Shown here: piece by piece, positions 45,765 to 60,480 of the stretch
Numbering within the stretch: the first letter of the stretch is position 1
Layout of the letters: each line of letters begins with the position of its first letter
NCBI RefSeq assembly: GCF_009914755.1
Contig: NC_060930.1
Origin: the human T2T-CHM13v2.0 reference genome, Homo sapiens
Length of the DNA stretch: 64,000 bases
Direction: 5' to 3' (one strand)
Notes under the pieces: generated by a model
Database searches by the model: none
The model's input: the letters and a program-made list of their open reading frames with translations, nothing else
Told to the model about the DNA's origin: nothing
Position numbers and translations under genes: made by a program

Positions 45765-45850
45765 AGACAGAGAGGTAACGGATGTTGGGTAAGTTACAAA
45801 AGCGTCTCCTGTGACCACTTTCTCTCCACCTACAGTAATGGTTCTTCTAA

Positions 45851-46153
<303 letters not shown>

Positions 46154-46574
46154 AAAAATAAAAGATTCTTAAATGGGTGTGGACTTTTTTATTTTTATAA
46201 TAATGTTCTTTTGTGGGTAGTTATTTTATAGCTGTAAAACAAAAACTGATTTAAAAATTAAGGACAAAGTTACAAAAGCAATGAAAGTTAAGTTGTTAAA
46301 GTTATGGACAAGTGGCATTGTTTTACTGATACCAATAGCCACTCCCAACATAAATAAGTTGCTATAGCAGCTGCTGTATCATTGTGTCTCATGATCATCC
46401 AGCATCCTTTCCACTGTCCCTTCATTCATGCTTCTGTGCAGTTTTCTTGAAACTGCAGTGCCACTTAGTTTTACTGGGCATGAACTCAGCCTACACCTGT
46501 CCCTTTCTCTTTGGCCAGTGAAAATGACTGTAGTTATTAGTTGACGTTCACAGAGTACATTTTAATTGCTGTTA

Positions 46575-46880
46575 TTATTATTGTTGTTGTTGTTTTGAGA
46601 CAAAGTCATACTCTATCGCCCAGGCTGGAGTCAGTGGCATGATCATAGCTCACTGCAGCCTCAAGCTCCAAGCTCAAGTGATCCTCCTGCCTCAGCCTCC
46701 AAAGTAGGTGGGACTACAGGTACACATCACCATGCCCAGTTAATTTTAAAAAAAATATTTTTGAGAGATGAGGTCTCACTATGTTGCCTAGGCTGATCTC
46801 AAACTCCTGGGCTTAAGTGATCCTCCGACCTCACCCTCCCAAAGTGTTGGGATTACAGGTATGAACCACTGTGCCTGGCC
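46575..46880 (-). mobile_element. AluJ
   Basis: 'gatcatagctcactgcagcctc..ctcaagtgatcctcctgcc..gtctcactatgttgcc' diagnostics. Confidence 0.9.
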
Positions 46881-47441
46881 CATAGCAGCATTTATAATAG
46901 CAAAAAAACCAGATATCACCCAAATGTTAATTGACTAAATAAATCATGGTGTATTTATATAATAGAATACTGTACAAAGATGAGAATTAATGAACCACAG
47001 ATATATTCCAAAATACAGGTTCATTTTAGAAGCATAATGTTTGCCAAAAAGTGAGTCACAAAAAGCGATGTATAATATACCCCTTCTCTAGAACTCAAAG
47101 CAGACACATTGCCACCCTAGGGTCTTGGCGTTGGTCATTTCCTGTACCTGGAACATTTGTCTCCCACACTTCTGCAAAGCTTATTCCTTTACCTCTCTCA
47201 GATCTTTGCTAAAATGGCACCACTGACCCTTCTGTGTAAAGTCACAATCCTAGTGTACGCAATCCCTCTCACTTCCCTCTACTTTCTCTATTTTCCACAG
47301 CACACCATAGCACCATCATCTTCTAACAGCATCTGCTGTATTTATTTTGTGGATGGTTTACTGACAGTCTCCCCAGGTAGAAACACAAGTTCTAGGAGAG
47401 TAAGGCTCTTTGTTTTATTCAGGTACATCTTAAATGACTAG

Positions 47442-47783
<342 letters not shown>

Positions 47784-48305
47784 TCAATACATATTTTTAC
47801 CCTCTTCCTGCCTGCCACTTCTACCTCACTGCCTCAGCTTAGTGTCTTATGAAGACTACCAATGGTTGTTATACCACATGTATTCAGGAGCAGTTGACAT
47901 AATGTAACTTTTGCCTGGTGGCCTACAGAAGTTTACCCATCCATTTATTCATTCATCTGAACCACACTTGTGTGAATGAAGCAGACAAATAGGTGATGAG
48001 GCCATAAAGAAATTCCTTGTGGCATGGGATCTGGCCAGTCCCTTACACATGAGAGGCTGTCACTGAGGGCCCTTCTGGATGAGATCATCATAGATGATGT
48101 CTACACAACCACACATCACTTTCATCACTACGTAAATCAAAGCCATCATTCATGTTACATTGCTAAGGCTGCCTCTTGCTGAAAATGTGACCACTTGAGC
48201 ATCAATAAGAACACAAATAGCAACGGAAGAAAACACATTCCTCTGTTTAAGTCCATTCCTTCATACCGATACTCAAAACCAAGAGCAATATCTACTGCAA
48301 CAAAT

Positions 48306-48958
48306 TGAGACGGGATTGTTCCCTTGACCTTGACATGCTTTGTAGGCGGGAACTGGAGTGGCGCATTTCACTCAGCCCGCTGCTGGCCACTCCTCGCGAG
48401 AGGGAGCGTGTGAGCAGGTGAGTGCTGGAACTGGAGGGAACAAATGCTGGAAACAGCTGGTCGCTCCTCTCTGATGAGAGCAGACTCTGCGCAGGCCCCA
48501 CAGCAGCATCCAAGCCCTTGCCCTCTCGGCACCCAGGTTCTTGTTTGGTGTCCAGGAAGAATTAGGTCACAGGAACAGATTGAAGGGTAGTGTATGCAGA
48601 GGATTTTATTGGTCGATGGATGTGGCTCTCAGCAGAATGGGGAATTGGAAAGGGGATGGTGCGGGAAGAAGGTGATCTTTCCCTGAAGCTGCACCGTCTG
48701 AGGTTAGCTGCGTCTATCTGTAGTCTCTGATGCTCAGCCGCTTGCATCCCCTACGTTCAGCAGCTTGCATCCCCGACCCCTTGCATCAGCCGCTTGTGTT
48801 GCTCTGCCAGCTGAAGTCTTTTTATGGGCACAGGATAGGGGCATGGCAGGCCAAAAAGGCAACATTTGGGTGGAAAACGGGGTCAGCTGTTTTCACTTAG
48901 GGCTGCGGCTCCAGGCCCAAGGGTGGGGTTTAGCCAGGAGCCCAACCATTCTGTATCA
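48306..48958 (-). mobile_element. ERV1 solo LTR of the LTR1/LTR27/MER52 group
   Basis: Minus strand starts 'tgatacagaatggttgggctcctggctaaaccccaccc'; TG..CA termini; 4-bp TSD AAAT on both sides. Confidence 0.75.
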
Positions 48959-49393
48959 AAATCACTGGTTGCAGGAGACTAGGAAACCAACTCGTTTTAA
49001 AAACTGGTCAGTAAGGGAAAAGAATCCAGCATGTATCTGGCTTTATATAAACTGCACCTTACATCATCAAATAGTTGATGAGGGAAAGTTTCTCTTTATA
49101 GAAGTATTCCAGCAAACAAAATAAAGGAAAAAATGAATTAAAAATTAGAAAATCACCATTTTGCCACCTCTGATGAAATAACCTATGGTAATGATGGGCA
49201 ACAACCAAGCATAAGGGTCCTGCAGCTGAGGTACACACACCATCTGGGAAGTATTCTTGACAAAGACATTGGACCCGAGATCTAACTACCAGAAATACAG
49301 AGGACAGAGACATGTTCAAAGATACCACATAAATGCAATTAGCAAATTGCAGGTTCTACAGGACAAAAATTGTATTTCTTCAACAAATACATT

Positions 49394-50012
49394 TTTCAGA
49401 TCCTGGGGTCCAGGTCCAGCCCATGCTGCGGTCCGAGGGGAGTGGGTGGATGAGCGGAAAGAACGCTTGGGGAGCTCTAGGCAGGTGAATATGGTTTTAT
49501 TCAGCAGCCGCTTTCATTAACAGCTTTTTCACACCAGCGCTTTCATGGGCAGCTTCTCTCACGCTGTCCGCTCTTATCTCAGCCGTTTGCTCCGGCTCTG
49601 CGGCTCCTGTCACCCCGACATCTGCAGCTGCATGGCAGACTCTGCCTTGCCTTCAGGGTCAGCAGCTTCACTCTTTCTCTCTCTGGGCACCAGCGCGAGC
49701 CGTGCTGTGGCTCCCCTGTGTCCATCTGCAGGACGGACAGCTCTGGTTCTCTCTCTGGGCACCAGGGTGCCCGCCACGTGAAGCCACGTTGAGGCAAAGC
49801 TGAGCCCCAAGAGCCAAGAGCCTCTGTACAGCATCACCAGGACAGTTATACCTTTTACAGACAATAGTGGCTCAGAGCCAAGTATGAACTTACACAAACA
49901 GGTTATATAACAAGTGGAGGTGTGCGCTGGCACGCGAAACTCACTGAGTCATGCAGGCCTGGGTGTCCGCCTCGGCCTATTCTTTGACCAAAGCACATCC
50001 ATGTACCTCACA
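49394..50012 (-). mobile_element. LTR18-family (ERVL) solo LTR
   Basis: Minus strand starts 'tgtgaggtacatggatgtgctttggtcaaagaataggccgaggcggac'; 5-bp TSD ACATT at 49389-49393 and 50013-50017. Confidence 0.8.
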
Positions 50013-51544
50013 ACATTCCAAACAGGTGGTGAGGAAGAGAAACAGTAGAGATTAGAAGAGACTTCAGAGACCCAAGAACCATCTCAGTGATTTTACCTGC
50101 TCTGGTGAAGTCCTGATTTTGTCAATTGAAAAAAACCATTATAAAACTTTATAAGATAATCAGCAAAACTGGAAAATTCAATAACTATCTGATAAGATTG
50201 TGTAATTATTGTTCATTATTTTAGGTACAATATTGATATTAAGGTTATTTTGTAAAGAGTTTTACTATTTTAGAGAGGCATACTGAAATATTTATGGACA
50301 AAATGATGCGATGTCTGGGATTTGCTACAAAACAATCCAGGTGGGGGACAGTACAGGTGAAAAAAGATTGGGTATGAGGTGACAATTGTTAAACTGGATG
50401 ATGAATACAGGAGGATTATACTACACTATTTCCCTTCTCAATATTTATAAAAATTTAATGAAATTTTCCATAATGAAGTTTATCTCCTAAGAATTTTTAT
50501 CTCTAGGCTAATTAGTGGATACGTTCCACTCAGTGCAAACCTGCACCAGTGGTTTGCGTAAGACGAGCCAACCTGTCTGGGTTCTGCTTCCAATTCTGGG
50601 TCAAAGATTCACTGGCAAACATCCACAAAATAAGCAAAAGTCAATGCAGCACTTTGCTAAGCATGAAGGATGCATGAGAAATAATTTTTACCACAAGTAT
50701 CTCACCATCAGTTTGCAGGCAAGAGACGACAGGAATGCGTACATGTCAGTGGTGACATCATCCATACAACATTGGCTAGTGATTTTACACAATACCAAGT
50801 GGGGCCACCTCTGTCACTCAGGGTGACACACAACCCTCTTACCATATCCAAGTTTCAAGAAGCTCTGCTGATCAAATGGGCCATCTCCCCGCTCACTATC
50901 CCTCTCTCTATCTAGTTAATTCTAATAGCAGGCTTGTATTAGCTTAAATTATATTGCAGATTGACCAGAAAATTCTGACTTCCATTGCAACATTGAAATA
51001 AGCATCTTATTCCGATGGTTTGCACCAATAGTTACTCCGTTGCCCTCTGTGTCTCCTTCAGGGATCAGCACAAATGAAACAGACATGGTCACCTCCCAGG
51101 GAGGACTTGAGGACAGTGGGAGGCACTCCCTCCAGCCATGGTTCTGACAGCACCAGGCAGGCTGGGAAGGGCACCTCTGCTGAACAACCGTGTGCTCAAG
51201 GCCGCACAATTCATTCTTTCAAGTCCCACATCTACTTCACCTTGTTTTAAGGGATGATGGTATAAATAAGAGCTACAGTAGCAGCCACAGAAGGAAAGCA
51301 GGGTGGAAATGCATTCTGGATGGTCCTCTAAAGTAAAAATAAATAAGAACTCTGTGTCGTTGAATAAATCCTCTCTTCTCTCATGCGCCCTGCACTTCCA
51401 TAGGCTGGGCAGTTCGTGCTTGGAAAGATGCTCAGCCCAGACGTGAAGTGTCTGGCCCCCACTGGTGCCGTTTTTGGAGAAAGCCAGTGAACAGGGGGCC
51501 ACTCCTGCACTGGGGCTTGGATCTCTGGTGGAACCTGATTCTGA

Positions 51545-51902
<358 letters not shown>

Positions 51903-53363
51903 TTGTTCCCTTTCTTAGAACATACCTTGCAAAGGTTCAGGGCACTCGCAGGGGCTGTGAAGTGAAGTGAGCATTTGAAAGACAAGATTCCTGACATTCC
52001 CAGAAACGGTCCCTGGTCTCCTACCAAATGCACTGACCCTGGCGATGGTCACCCTCATGTTGACCTGAACCTAGGAGTGGAGGGAAAAGTGGAGAAAAAA
52101 CTTGTTCCTTGTCATAGTAAGACACGGCTATGGAGAGAGGGGGGCTTCAGCCCTGCCCTGGCCTCGGTAACATGACTGTGCTCGTGCCTCCTTTCTCCAA
52201 GCTGTGGCGTGAGCTCACTCATCTTTGGGGAAAGCTGCAGCCGCCTCCTGCCCTGACGCCCTACAGATGGGTCTCAGCTCAGGGCAGGGCTGCGGGAGGC
52301 AACAGAGAGGCTCCCTTGTGGTATCATCTCAGCCAGGGGTGAAACCCAAGGAAATCTTAAGACCAGAGCTGCAATTAATTATATCATGCTTATTCCTTAG
52401 ATTCCTGAGTTCAGTTATCCCTGATCCGTTCAACAGACTTTAACTGAGTAGTTGCTGAGGACCGAGCACTGTGCGAGGTGTTATTTGCTCACAGCTGATT
52501 TATTTCTAAAGCTGACTTAAAGCCTGCCTTGGCACTGTAGGAAGATCTCTACTCCTTTCAGTTCTGTTTTTTCCACTTTTTCTTAATATAGGAGGTCATA
52601 TCCGGCACAGGGGCTGTCCGTATAGCTCTGCTTTCGAAAACCAACTCCCTGCTCAGCTGGGCTAGGATTGAAGGGTTTTGCCCAGTTAAAATGTTCCTTT
52701 ACTTCCATCTTCAGGCAGGAGAACACAGCCCTCCCTCTGTCCTTGGCAATTATCCTGCAGCAGAATCACGATCCCCCTCCCCAGCCACCACCACTTCCCC
52801 CAGGAAGCAGCTGATGGCTCTGGGTCCATTGTATCTTCTAGACAGGGAACTGCTACCAGCCTGCAAAATCAGCCCGAGAATACAAAAAGCCAGTTCAGAG
52901 ATGCTGCTATTGAAACTCGGTTTCCGTTTCTGTCATTTCCTAACCTTCCTGAGCAGGTAGTACAAGGCCTTAGTTTTCTCCTCCATGCCATACCAATGCC
53001 TACAACATTTCTTGCTTGCATCATTCATTTGACACCTAGCACAACATGGTTCCATTTTGTTCTGGATATGTTCTGATTCCCAAACTAGACTTTCAAGGAG
53101 TGAGGCTGGTGGCAGGGCTGGTGCAGAGTGGGAGGGTGGTGAGAATTTAACTTCCGCAGGCATAGTTTCACTTGGCATAGAGAATTCTTTTTTAGCCAAA
53201 TCCTTAAGGATCATCTTGTTTTGGTAAACCTTATTTTTGTTTTAGAAACAAAAACATAGCTCGTGCGGCAAAGCCAAGAGTGAGACTATTAAAACAAAAT
53301 TGTCCTGTTTAATACATTTCCTCAAAGTGCCTGAGAGTGAAAGACTAAGAGACCCTAGACCAA

Positions 53364-53779
<416 letters not shown>

Positions 53780-54669
53780 TTAACAACCGGGGATTTGATT
53801 GCAAGGATATGTGACGTTTATCTTCAGGAGGTTTTGGGGTGCAGTAATGTAGCCACCTCCATCTCTCCCATGGGTGCCCCAATTTCTCACACCTTGAGGT
53901 GGGAGGTATCCCCCCTGAAGGAGACACAAATTCAGGAAGATAATGCAGTGAGACGATCAGTAATCTGGGGCAGGGATTCCGAAACAAGAAGCTAGAGGCG
54001 ACTGGGAGGAATCTTAACGCGCGCCTCTCCGCCCTGGAAATTTGGGAGGGAGCCTGGCTTTCCCAGTATTTGTGAAATGGGGGTTTGGGAGCTTTATTTA
54101 CATTTCAAAAGGTCTTAGTGATCACAGGCCCAGGACCTAATGCAGCAAAATGTGCCCTGAATTAACTTTGGTTACTACAAAGATGCTGGTTTTAAATGGG
54201 GCAAAAATAAAATGAAGAACCTGCCTAAAAATCTGTCTCTTTGCAGCCTAGAGTGTGGCTGGTAAATGAGGTCTTTTTTCATTTGGTACCATAAATAACA
54301 CATTCAGGAAGATTCCATCAACTGAGTCCTGTGGAAATATTGGCGTCAGAATTAGCAACACTGGGTTCATTGTGAGGTGGTGCTGATACCCTTCCAGCGG
54401 GTTTTGGTAATCACACCTCACAAAGAGCTCCCGATTTGCCAAGAGGCTGCTAGAAAGATGCAGGCCTCAGGAACTATGCCATGGTTTGCTATTTGTTTTT
54501 CTTTTCCACATAATTACTTTTCAAAGCAATCAAAATTATCTGTAATTTTTCATTATAAAAATAACATATTCACAAAATGTGGCAAAAGCAACTGTGAACT
54601 TTTCAATCTATTTCTTTGCAGTTTTTCATTGTTTATCATTTTTAAATTGAAAAATGTTTTAGAAATTGT

Positions 54670-54775
54670 AAAGATAGAATCTTGCTATGTTGCCCAGGCT
54701 GGTCTTCAAGCAATCCTTCTGCTCTGACCCCCCAAAGTGCTGGAATTACAGGGGTGAGCCACCATATCCGACCTC
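54670..54775 (-). mobile_element. FLAM/AluJ monomer
   Basis: 'tcttgctatgttgcccaggctggtc..ccaaagtgctggaattacagg'. Confidence 0.75.
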
Positions 54776-54779
54776 ATGG

Positions 54780-55400
54780 TTTAATTTTCTAAAAATTATG
54801 AAACCATTCAAACACACAGAAAACAGCACAACAGACACCTGTATACTCACCACTAAAATAAAAAATATGTTTGCATTTTACTGTATAACTACAGTGCTCT
54901 CTCTCCCTTTCAAATAACCCAAACATGACAAATACAGCAGAAGCCCCCACCCCGGGGTCACCTCCTCCCACATGAACCCACATTTAGAGACGACCATTGT
55001 GCTGAATTCAGTGTGCCACAGTCCTGGCTCTGATTTTGTATTTTTACTGCATTATTACATGAATCCATAAATATGTACGGTTGTTTTGAATGTTTTTGAA
55101 ATGTACGTGATAACTTCCTACTGTATCTGTTTGCTCTTCATTTTTCCTTTCAACATCACTAATTCTCTCATTTTAACTGCTGCGTTGACTGAATAAACCA
55201 GTTTATTCATTCCTCTGCTGAAGGAGGGCTAGGTCGTGGCTGCTCCGTTGCAATTACAAACGTTTTGCACAGACCTTTTCCTGGGACTCCTTGTGTAGAC
55301 ATGAAGGACTGGATCCTGGAGTATGCACACTTCAACCTTAGTGGAAATGGACAGGCTTCTCTCTTAAGTGCTCTTATCATGTATCTTCCCATCTTTCTGA
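54780..55400 (-). mobile_element. L1ME-type 3' fragment
   Basis: 'ctctcattttaactgctgc..ccagtttattcattcctctgctga' and related motifs. Confidence 0.5.
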
Positions 55401-55495
55401 GTTCCATTTCCCCTTGAAAGAAGGCAGTCAGTAATTTGGAAAAAAAAATTACAGAACAAGAAGCTGGATGTGGCTGGGAGAAATCTGGAAAAAAC

Positions 55496-55526
<31 letters not shown>

Positions 55527-56861
55527 CACAACAACAAAAAAAACCAGCCACCTCCTCCCTGGAAATATAGGGAAGGAGGGAAGGATGCTGTTTCTCCCAG
55601 CAGTTGTGAAATGGGGCTTTGAGGAGCTTTATTTACATGCAAAGGGCAGCAGCTACCCAGATGGCCCCGTCGAGGCGGCCAACCGGATGTGCCCTCCTGC
55701 AGGCCTGGGGCCTCATCCTCACCAGCCCTCGGCAACAGCAGCCGTTCATTTTTCCAACGAAGGGGAGGGTGAGCGTCTATGTGTGTGTTTACTGGCCCTT
55801 CAGCTTCTTCTCTTCTTCGGCTTCCTTTTCTTCACATCACCTCACTCCCCATGGGACTGTTTGTCCCACGCTGATTATTGCATGGGCAGTGGCCAACAAA
55901 GTGTCCTGCTCCTGGTAGGACGGCCGCCCTGCTGGCACACCAGCGGGACACCTGTGTTTCAGTTGTCTCTGTCTGGACCGTGTGCCCCTGCCAATTCCCA
56001 CCAGCACGAACTGTCCCCAGATGGAAAAGAGTGCTGGGGAGGCCGGACTCGGCTAAGATAAAGGAAAGCAAAGAGAAAGGAAAGCTGTCTTCTGTCGGGG
56101 GACCCTGTGCCAGTTTGTCAAGACTCAGCCAAGGTCTTGTCTGGGTGAACGAGGTCCGAGCTGACTTTGAAGTTGAGAAGATGCAGGGGCGTTATAAATG
56201 AACACCTCTTGGGGTCAAGGTGGGTGGAAAGTAGGACTGTGGGTAAGAAGGGCCCCAGAGGTAGGCCAGGATGCAGGCAGGGCCACCTGAGACACGCTCC
56301 AGGGAGGTTTCTATAAAGTGGCCTTGGTCTGGCCCCAGGTCAAGGTCCACGCTGGGAGGCGGGGCAGGCTCTTCATTTTCACTGTTAGCGCTCCCTGTTC
56401 TTTGTCAGCCCACATACCCACCAGAGCATGCTGTGTGGTCCACATTCTTTCAGGAGTTTTCTTCTCCTCCCTCCCCCACGTGCCACCATGGAGGCCAGCA
56501 GGTTTCTCAGTGACTTTCTGCATGGCAGGCTTTTTTCTTGTTTCCTGCACACAAAGAATGACTTCAGCATTTCAGCTGCAGGGTCTCCTACTAGACTGCA
56601 CCTTCAGCATTTTTTTAATTTCTTAGTGTTACATAAAAAAAAGCTTATAAAATAATTGGGTGCATCTTCAAATCTATAATACAGTAATCTTATTTGCAAA
56701 TTTAAAAAAAAATGAAGGAATTAGTTCAGAGCCTGTGGACAGAGGTGAGCAAAGGAAAAGCGCCAGAGGCTTCTATAAATGCTTCTTGGTTCATGCATCG
56801 GTTGACTGCGTCTGACCTTATACCCTGCAGATTTGGATTCTCAATTGATCTGCTTTACACT

Positions 56862-57618
56862 TGAGGACTAAGATCTGATTTTTTTTATCTTGCCCAAATT
56901 CCTATCTAAGGGGTCTAGGGAGTCATACCCTACAAACCATAAATTCTCATCAGATGGGTTTTATTTGACCCTGTATATAGTGACTTACTTTCCAATCTGA
57001 CTCTGGCATAACAAGGAAGAAAATCGAAATGTTTTACCCCAAAATACATTTCCTTGCCATGCCTTGAAATTGTCCTGCAAAGTCTCTGTGGGAAAAATCC
57101 ACAATCTACAGAGAATCTCCTTCCCCGTTTGTTTTCCTTCCTTTCTTTCCAGACCCAGGAGATAACCAACTAAGAGCCAGGCACCCTTTTAGGTCTTATA
57201 AGAAACATTTTACAACCTGCTCTCTCTCTGAAGTCTGCTATCTGAGAGATTCCTCTGAACAATAAAACTTGGTCTCCACAGTCCTTTATCTTAACCTGAA
57301 CATTCCTTTCCATTAATTCCAGACCTTCAAATAAACTCTACCAATTATCAACCAGAAAATGTTTAAATTTACCTATAGCCTGGAAGCCTCCCCACTTTGA
57401 GTTGTTCCGCCTTTTCTGAACCAAACCAATGTGTTTCTTAAATGTATTTGATTGATGTCTCATCCCTTCCTAAAATACATAAAACCAAGCTGTACCTCAA
57501 CCACCTTGGGCACATGTCCTCAGGACTCCTGAGGGCTGTGTCACAGGCCATGGTCTCTCATATTTGGCTCAGAATAAATCTCTTCAAATATGTTAGAGTT
57601 TAACTCTTTTCGTCAACA
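56862..57618 (+). mobile_element. MER4-family (MER4D/E-like) ERV1 solo LTR
   Basis: Starts 'tgaggactaagatctgattttttttatcttgcccaaattcctatctaagggg', ends 'cagaataaatctcttcaaat..cttttcgtcaaca'; perfect 4-bp TSD CACT at 56858-56861 and 57619-57622. Confidence 0.88.
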
Positions 57619-58029
57619 CACTGAATCTCAGTCTCAGCTGAGCAGTGTTTCAGTGAGGCGTTACTACACAGCTTGATATACAAACTCACTTAAGCAATTA
57701 CTGATATTTAACCTGACATAATTTTTATCATTACATGAAGTAGTAGTAAAAGAGAGCAGAAGCTGGATTGCCCTGGGAGCACAGTTCAGAGTGGAGTGGG
57801 GAGCTAAGAGGATCCTAGTTCACCTTCTACCTTTAGGTCAGCTCAACTCCAAAGGCCAAAGTCCCAAAGACCCTCTCATTCACACTCGATTTGAAAATTC
57901 CTTTCCAAAGTAATTTTCTTCCACTTGCTGTTCTTTGAGTGCAAACTACAGTTTCGAATACAACCCCACACTTCAGCGATCCCACGTTCAGAAACGTGCA
58001 TGAACCTCACAGACACGCTGTTGCATGAG

Positions 58030-58285
58030 TTCATTCAAGTGAAGTTCACAAATAAGCAACATCAATGTCAGTACTAGAGGGTAGGGTGAGCACCCTCATG
58101 GGAGCACAGTGACTAGAAGTGGACTAAAAGGGCACATCTGGGGCGCTGGCGGTGTTCTGGTTCCTAGTCCAGGTGCTTGCCACCCTCACGTGTTCACTTT
58201 CTGAAAATTCTTTGGGCTGACCCCTCAGGATGTGTGCGCTTCTCTCTATGAACGTTGTGCTCAATTAAAAGGCTTATTTAAAGAA
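58030..58285 (+). mobile_element. L1ME 3' end fragment
   Basis: 'tctggggcgctggcggtgttctggttcct..gtgttcactttctgaaaatt..caattaaaa'. Confidence 0.55.
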
Positions 58286-60294
58286 AAATACAGTGAATCA
58301 AAAGCACCTTGAAACCTAAGCAAAGTTTTTGAAGATCATTCCCAAAGAGATTCATCGAGGGAGGGAGTGAGGAAAAGAGATGAATGAATGCAAATGATGA
58401 TGCTGCTGAAGCTGCTGGTAGTCAGATGGCTGGGGAGGGTGACAGTACAGGTTCTCCATGGCACGCAGTCCCAACTCAGCTTTCTCATTTTCCAGCAGTG
58501 CTCACGCTTCTGTCATCTGCAGCTTCCTTCCACGGTGGCATCCTTAATGCCCTTCTGTGGTGCCCCTTTAGCAAATGCTCAAAGGGAATGTTGAAAATCA
58601 GGTCAGCTGTTTCCAAAGACACCCAGTGGCTTTTTTCCTGGCCTCTGAGCTCTGCTTAGCTGCAAGAAGAGACGCAAAGGGGCGGCACCAGCCCCACAGA
58701 CGCAAGGATTGCTTGGGATAGCCCAGGGCTTCCACTCTCCACTAGGGCTGTGAATCTCTCACTGGGCTGCTGGTGAGGCAGCTCCACATGACTCAGGAAG
58801 ACACTCTTGGGCTGCCCAAAGCATTTTAGGGGGCCTACCCAGCCTACAACAGGTGCAGCTGCCGGGCGACCCAGCCTGGCAGTCCTCAGGGCCAGGCCCT
58901 ATGTTGTCTCCAGACACAAGGAGACATTTGAGACTACCAGGGTAACTAACTGACGCTCAGCTGAAGGAAGCTGACAGCATTGCCAGCCAGAGTCTTTATG
59001 GACCCATCGGTCACCATCTCTTGGATTGGTTTGCCATGTATACGGGCTTGTGTGCAAACACACACACCTATTCACCTGGTTCCCATGGGGATTTAGTGTA
59101 AAGTTCTGTGGATTCTTTCTCCCACTTACAAAGCAGCCTGTGTGCAGACGAGTGGACCTGGAGATCTGATGATTTACACTGGGACCAGCCCAGGGGAGGG
59201 AAAGCGGATCCAGGGACCCAGCTGCCCCTGAAAGAAAGGCTGTGTTTGCAGTGCTCGGGGAACATGTATGCATCTTTGTTTTGGGGACAAGGAAGGGAAG
59301 GTGACTTGCAAGGAGCCCTGTTGCCTAAGGCTTAGGGAGAAAACTGAGATTCGTTTTTCTGTTTCCAAGGAAAGAAAAAAATCCATCAAGCAAATGATTC
59401 AAGGTTCACCTCCCACATGCTCTCTGGATAAATTGCAGGATGGTGGTTTATATGCAGTATTGGGCCTCGCTCCTGAGCCACATTGAGCTACATATTAAGC
59501 ACCACTACTTCAGTGGGATCAAACAGTCCTGTAAATAACAACCTCATAGCCAGTTACTGACATCAACTCCATCCACAGGCTTTGGGAAATTACCTCCAGC
59601 CACATCAGCGTATTTCTTTTTAATATCTCAGAAAAAGGTATGAAATTGCTCATTCCCAGCTCATATTACATTGACCAGTAATAGAAAGATACTGCTTTGC
59701 TCTGCATGTGGCAGAATGTGGTCCCCTCTGGCCCTGCCCAGCCAGCTCTGTGCCCCCGACCACCAACCCTGAGTGCAGAGCCCGTCTCTAGCCTGTGAAG
59801 TCTGTCTTTTTTTGGAGCCTGTAGCTTTTTGAGAGAATGACCAGGGGGCACTTGCTTTGAGTTGTGGGAGTTTTCTCCTTTGTTTGAAGGAAGGGTCCTA
59901 CTGTTTTCTCTGAGGCCTGCTGCTGCCTTGGAGATAGGCTTCTTGCTTCTTAACAGCTAAGCAGTTGGAGAAAAACCAACGATTTCTTCCTTTCGCAGCA
60001 GTGTGTCTTCTCTGGGAAATTCAAAGCATAACTCTTGACAACAGTCCTGGATACCTGGTGCCCTGCACCCCCCTCCGTGGTCGTGCAGACACTGAATCCT
60101 CCCTGAAGCACAACAATCCTGCCCTAACTCCCTTCCACCCACCACCACAGGTGGCCAACTACTTTAAAAGTCCATAGCTCAACCATTTTTACAAAAACTA
60201 CAGCTATTTGGAATTTCTGTGTTTAACCCGCATGAATTTGATATGTCTTCTCCAGACAAGGGAACTCTTTTCTCCTTCAGTGTGTGTGTGATAG

Positions 60295-60480
60295 GAATGA
60301 CCTGAGACATAGAGTCAGAAGCCCTAGGTCCCAGCTCTGGCCCCACTGTGAACAAGCTGATTTCTCTGAACCATTGTCTCCATATCTGTAAAACGTGCAT
60401 CCCCAAAAATGCCTAATTCAGAGAGGGCAATGAATAAAAAATATACTTGAAAAGTATGGGAGAATGCACCTTATAAATTC
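60295..60480 (+). mobile_element. MIR
   Basis: 'gagtcagaagccctaggtcccagctctggcc..catatctgtaaaa'. Confidence 0.55.

Larger units (their letters stand above)
48060..50480 (+). mobile_element. L1MC-type 3' end interrupted by two solo LTRs
   Basis: 'aaatagttgatgagggaaagtttctctttatagaag' and 'catactgaaatatttatgga..gatgtctgggatttgct'. Confidence 0.6.

Noticed and set aside
55468-56061. 197-aa ORF, the longest in the window
   Set aside because: Begins across an (AAAC)n microsatellite; no recognisable domain or codon bias.
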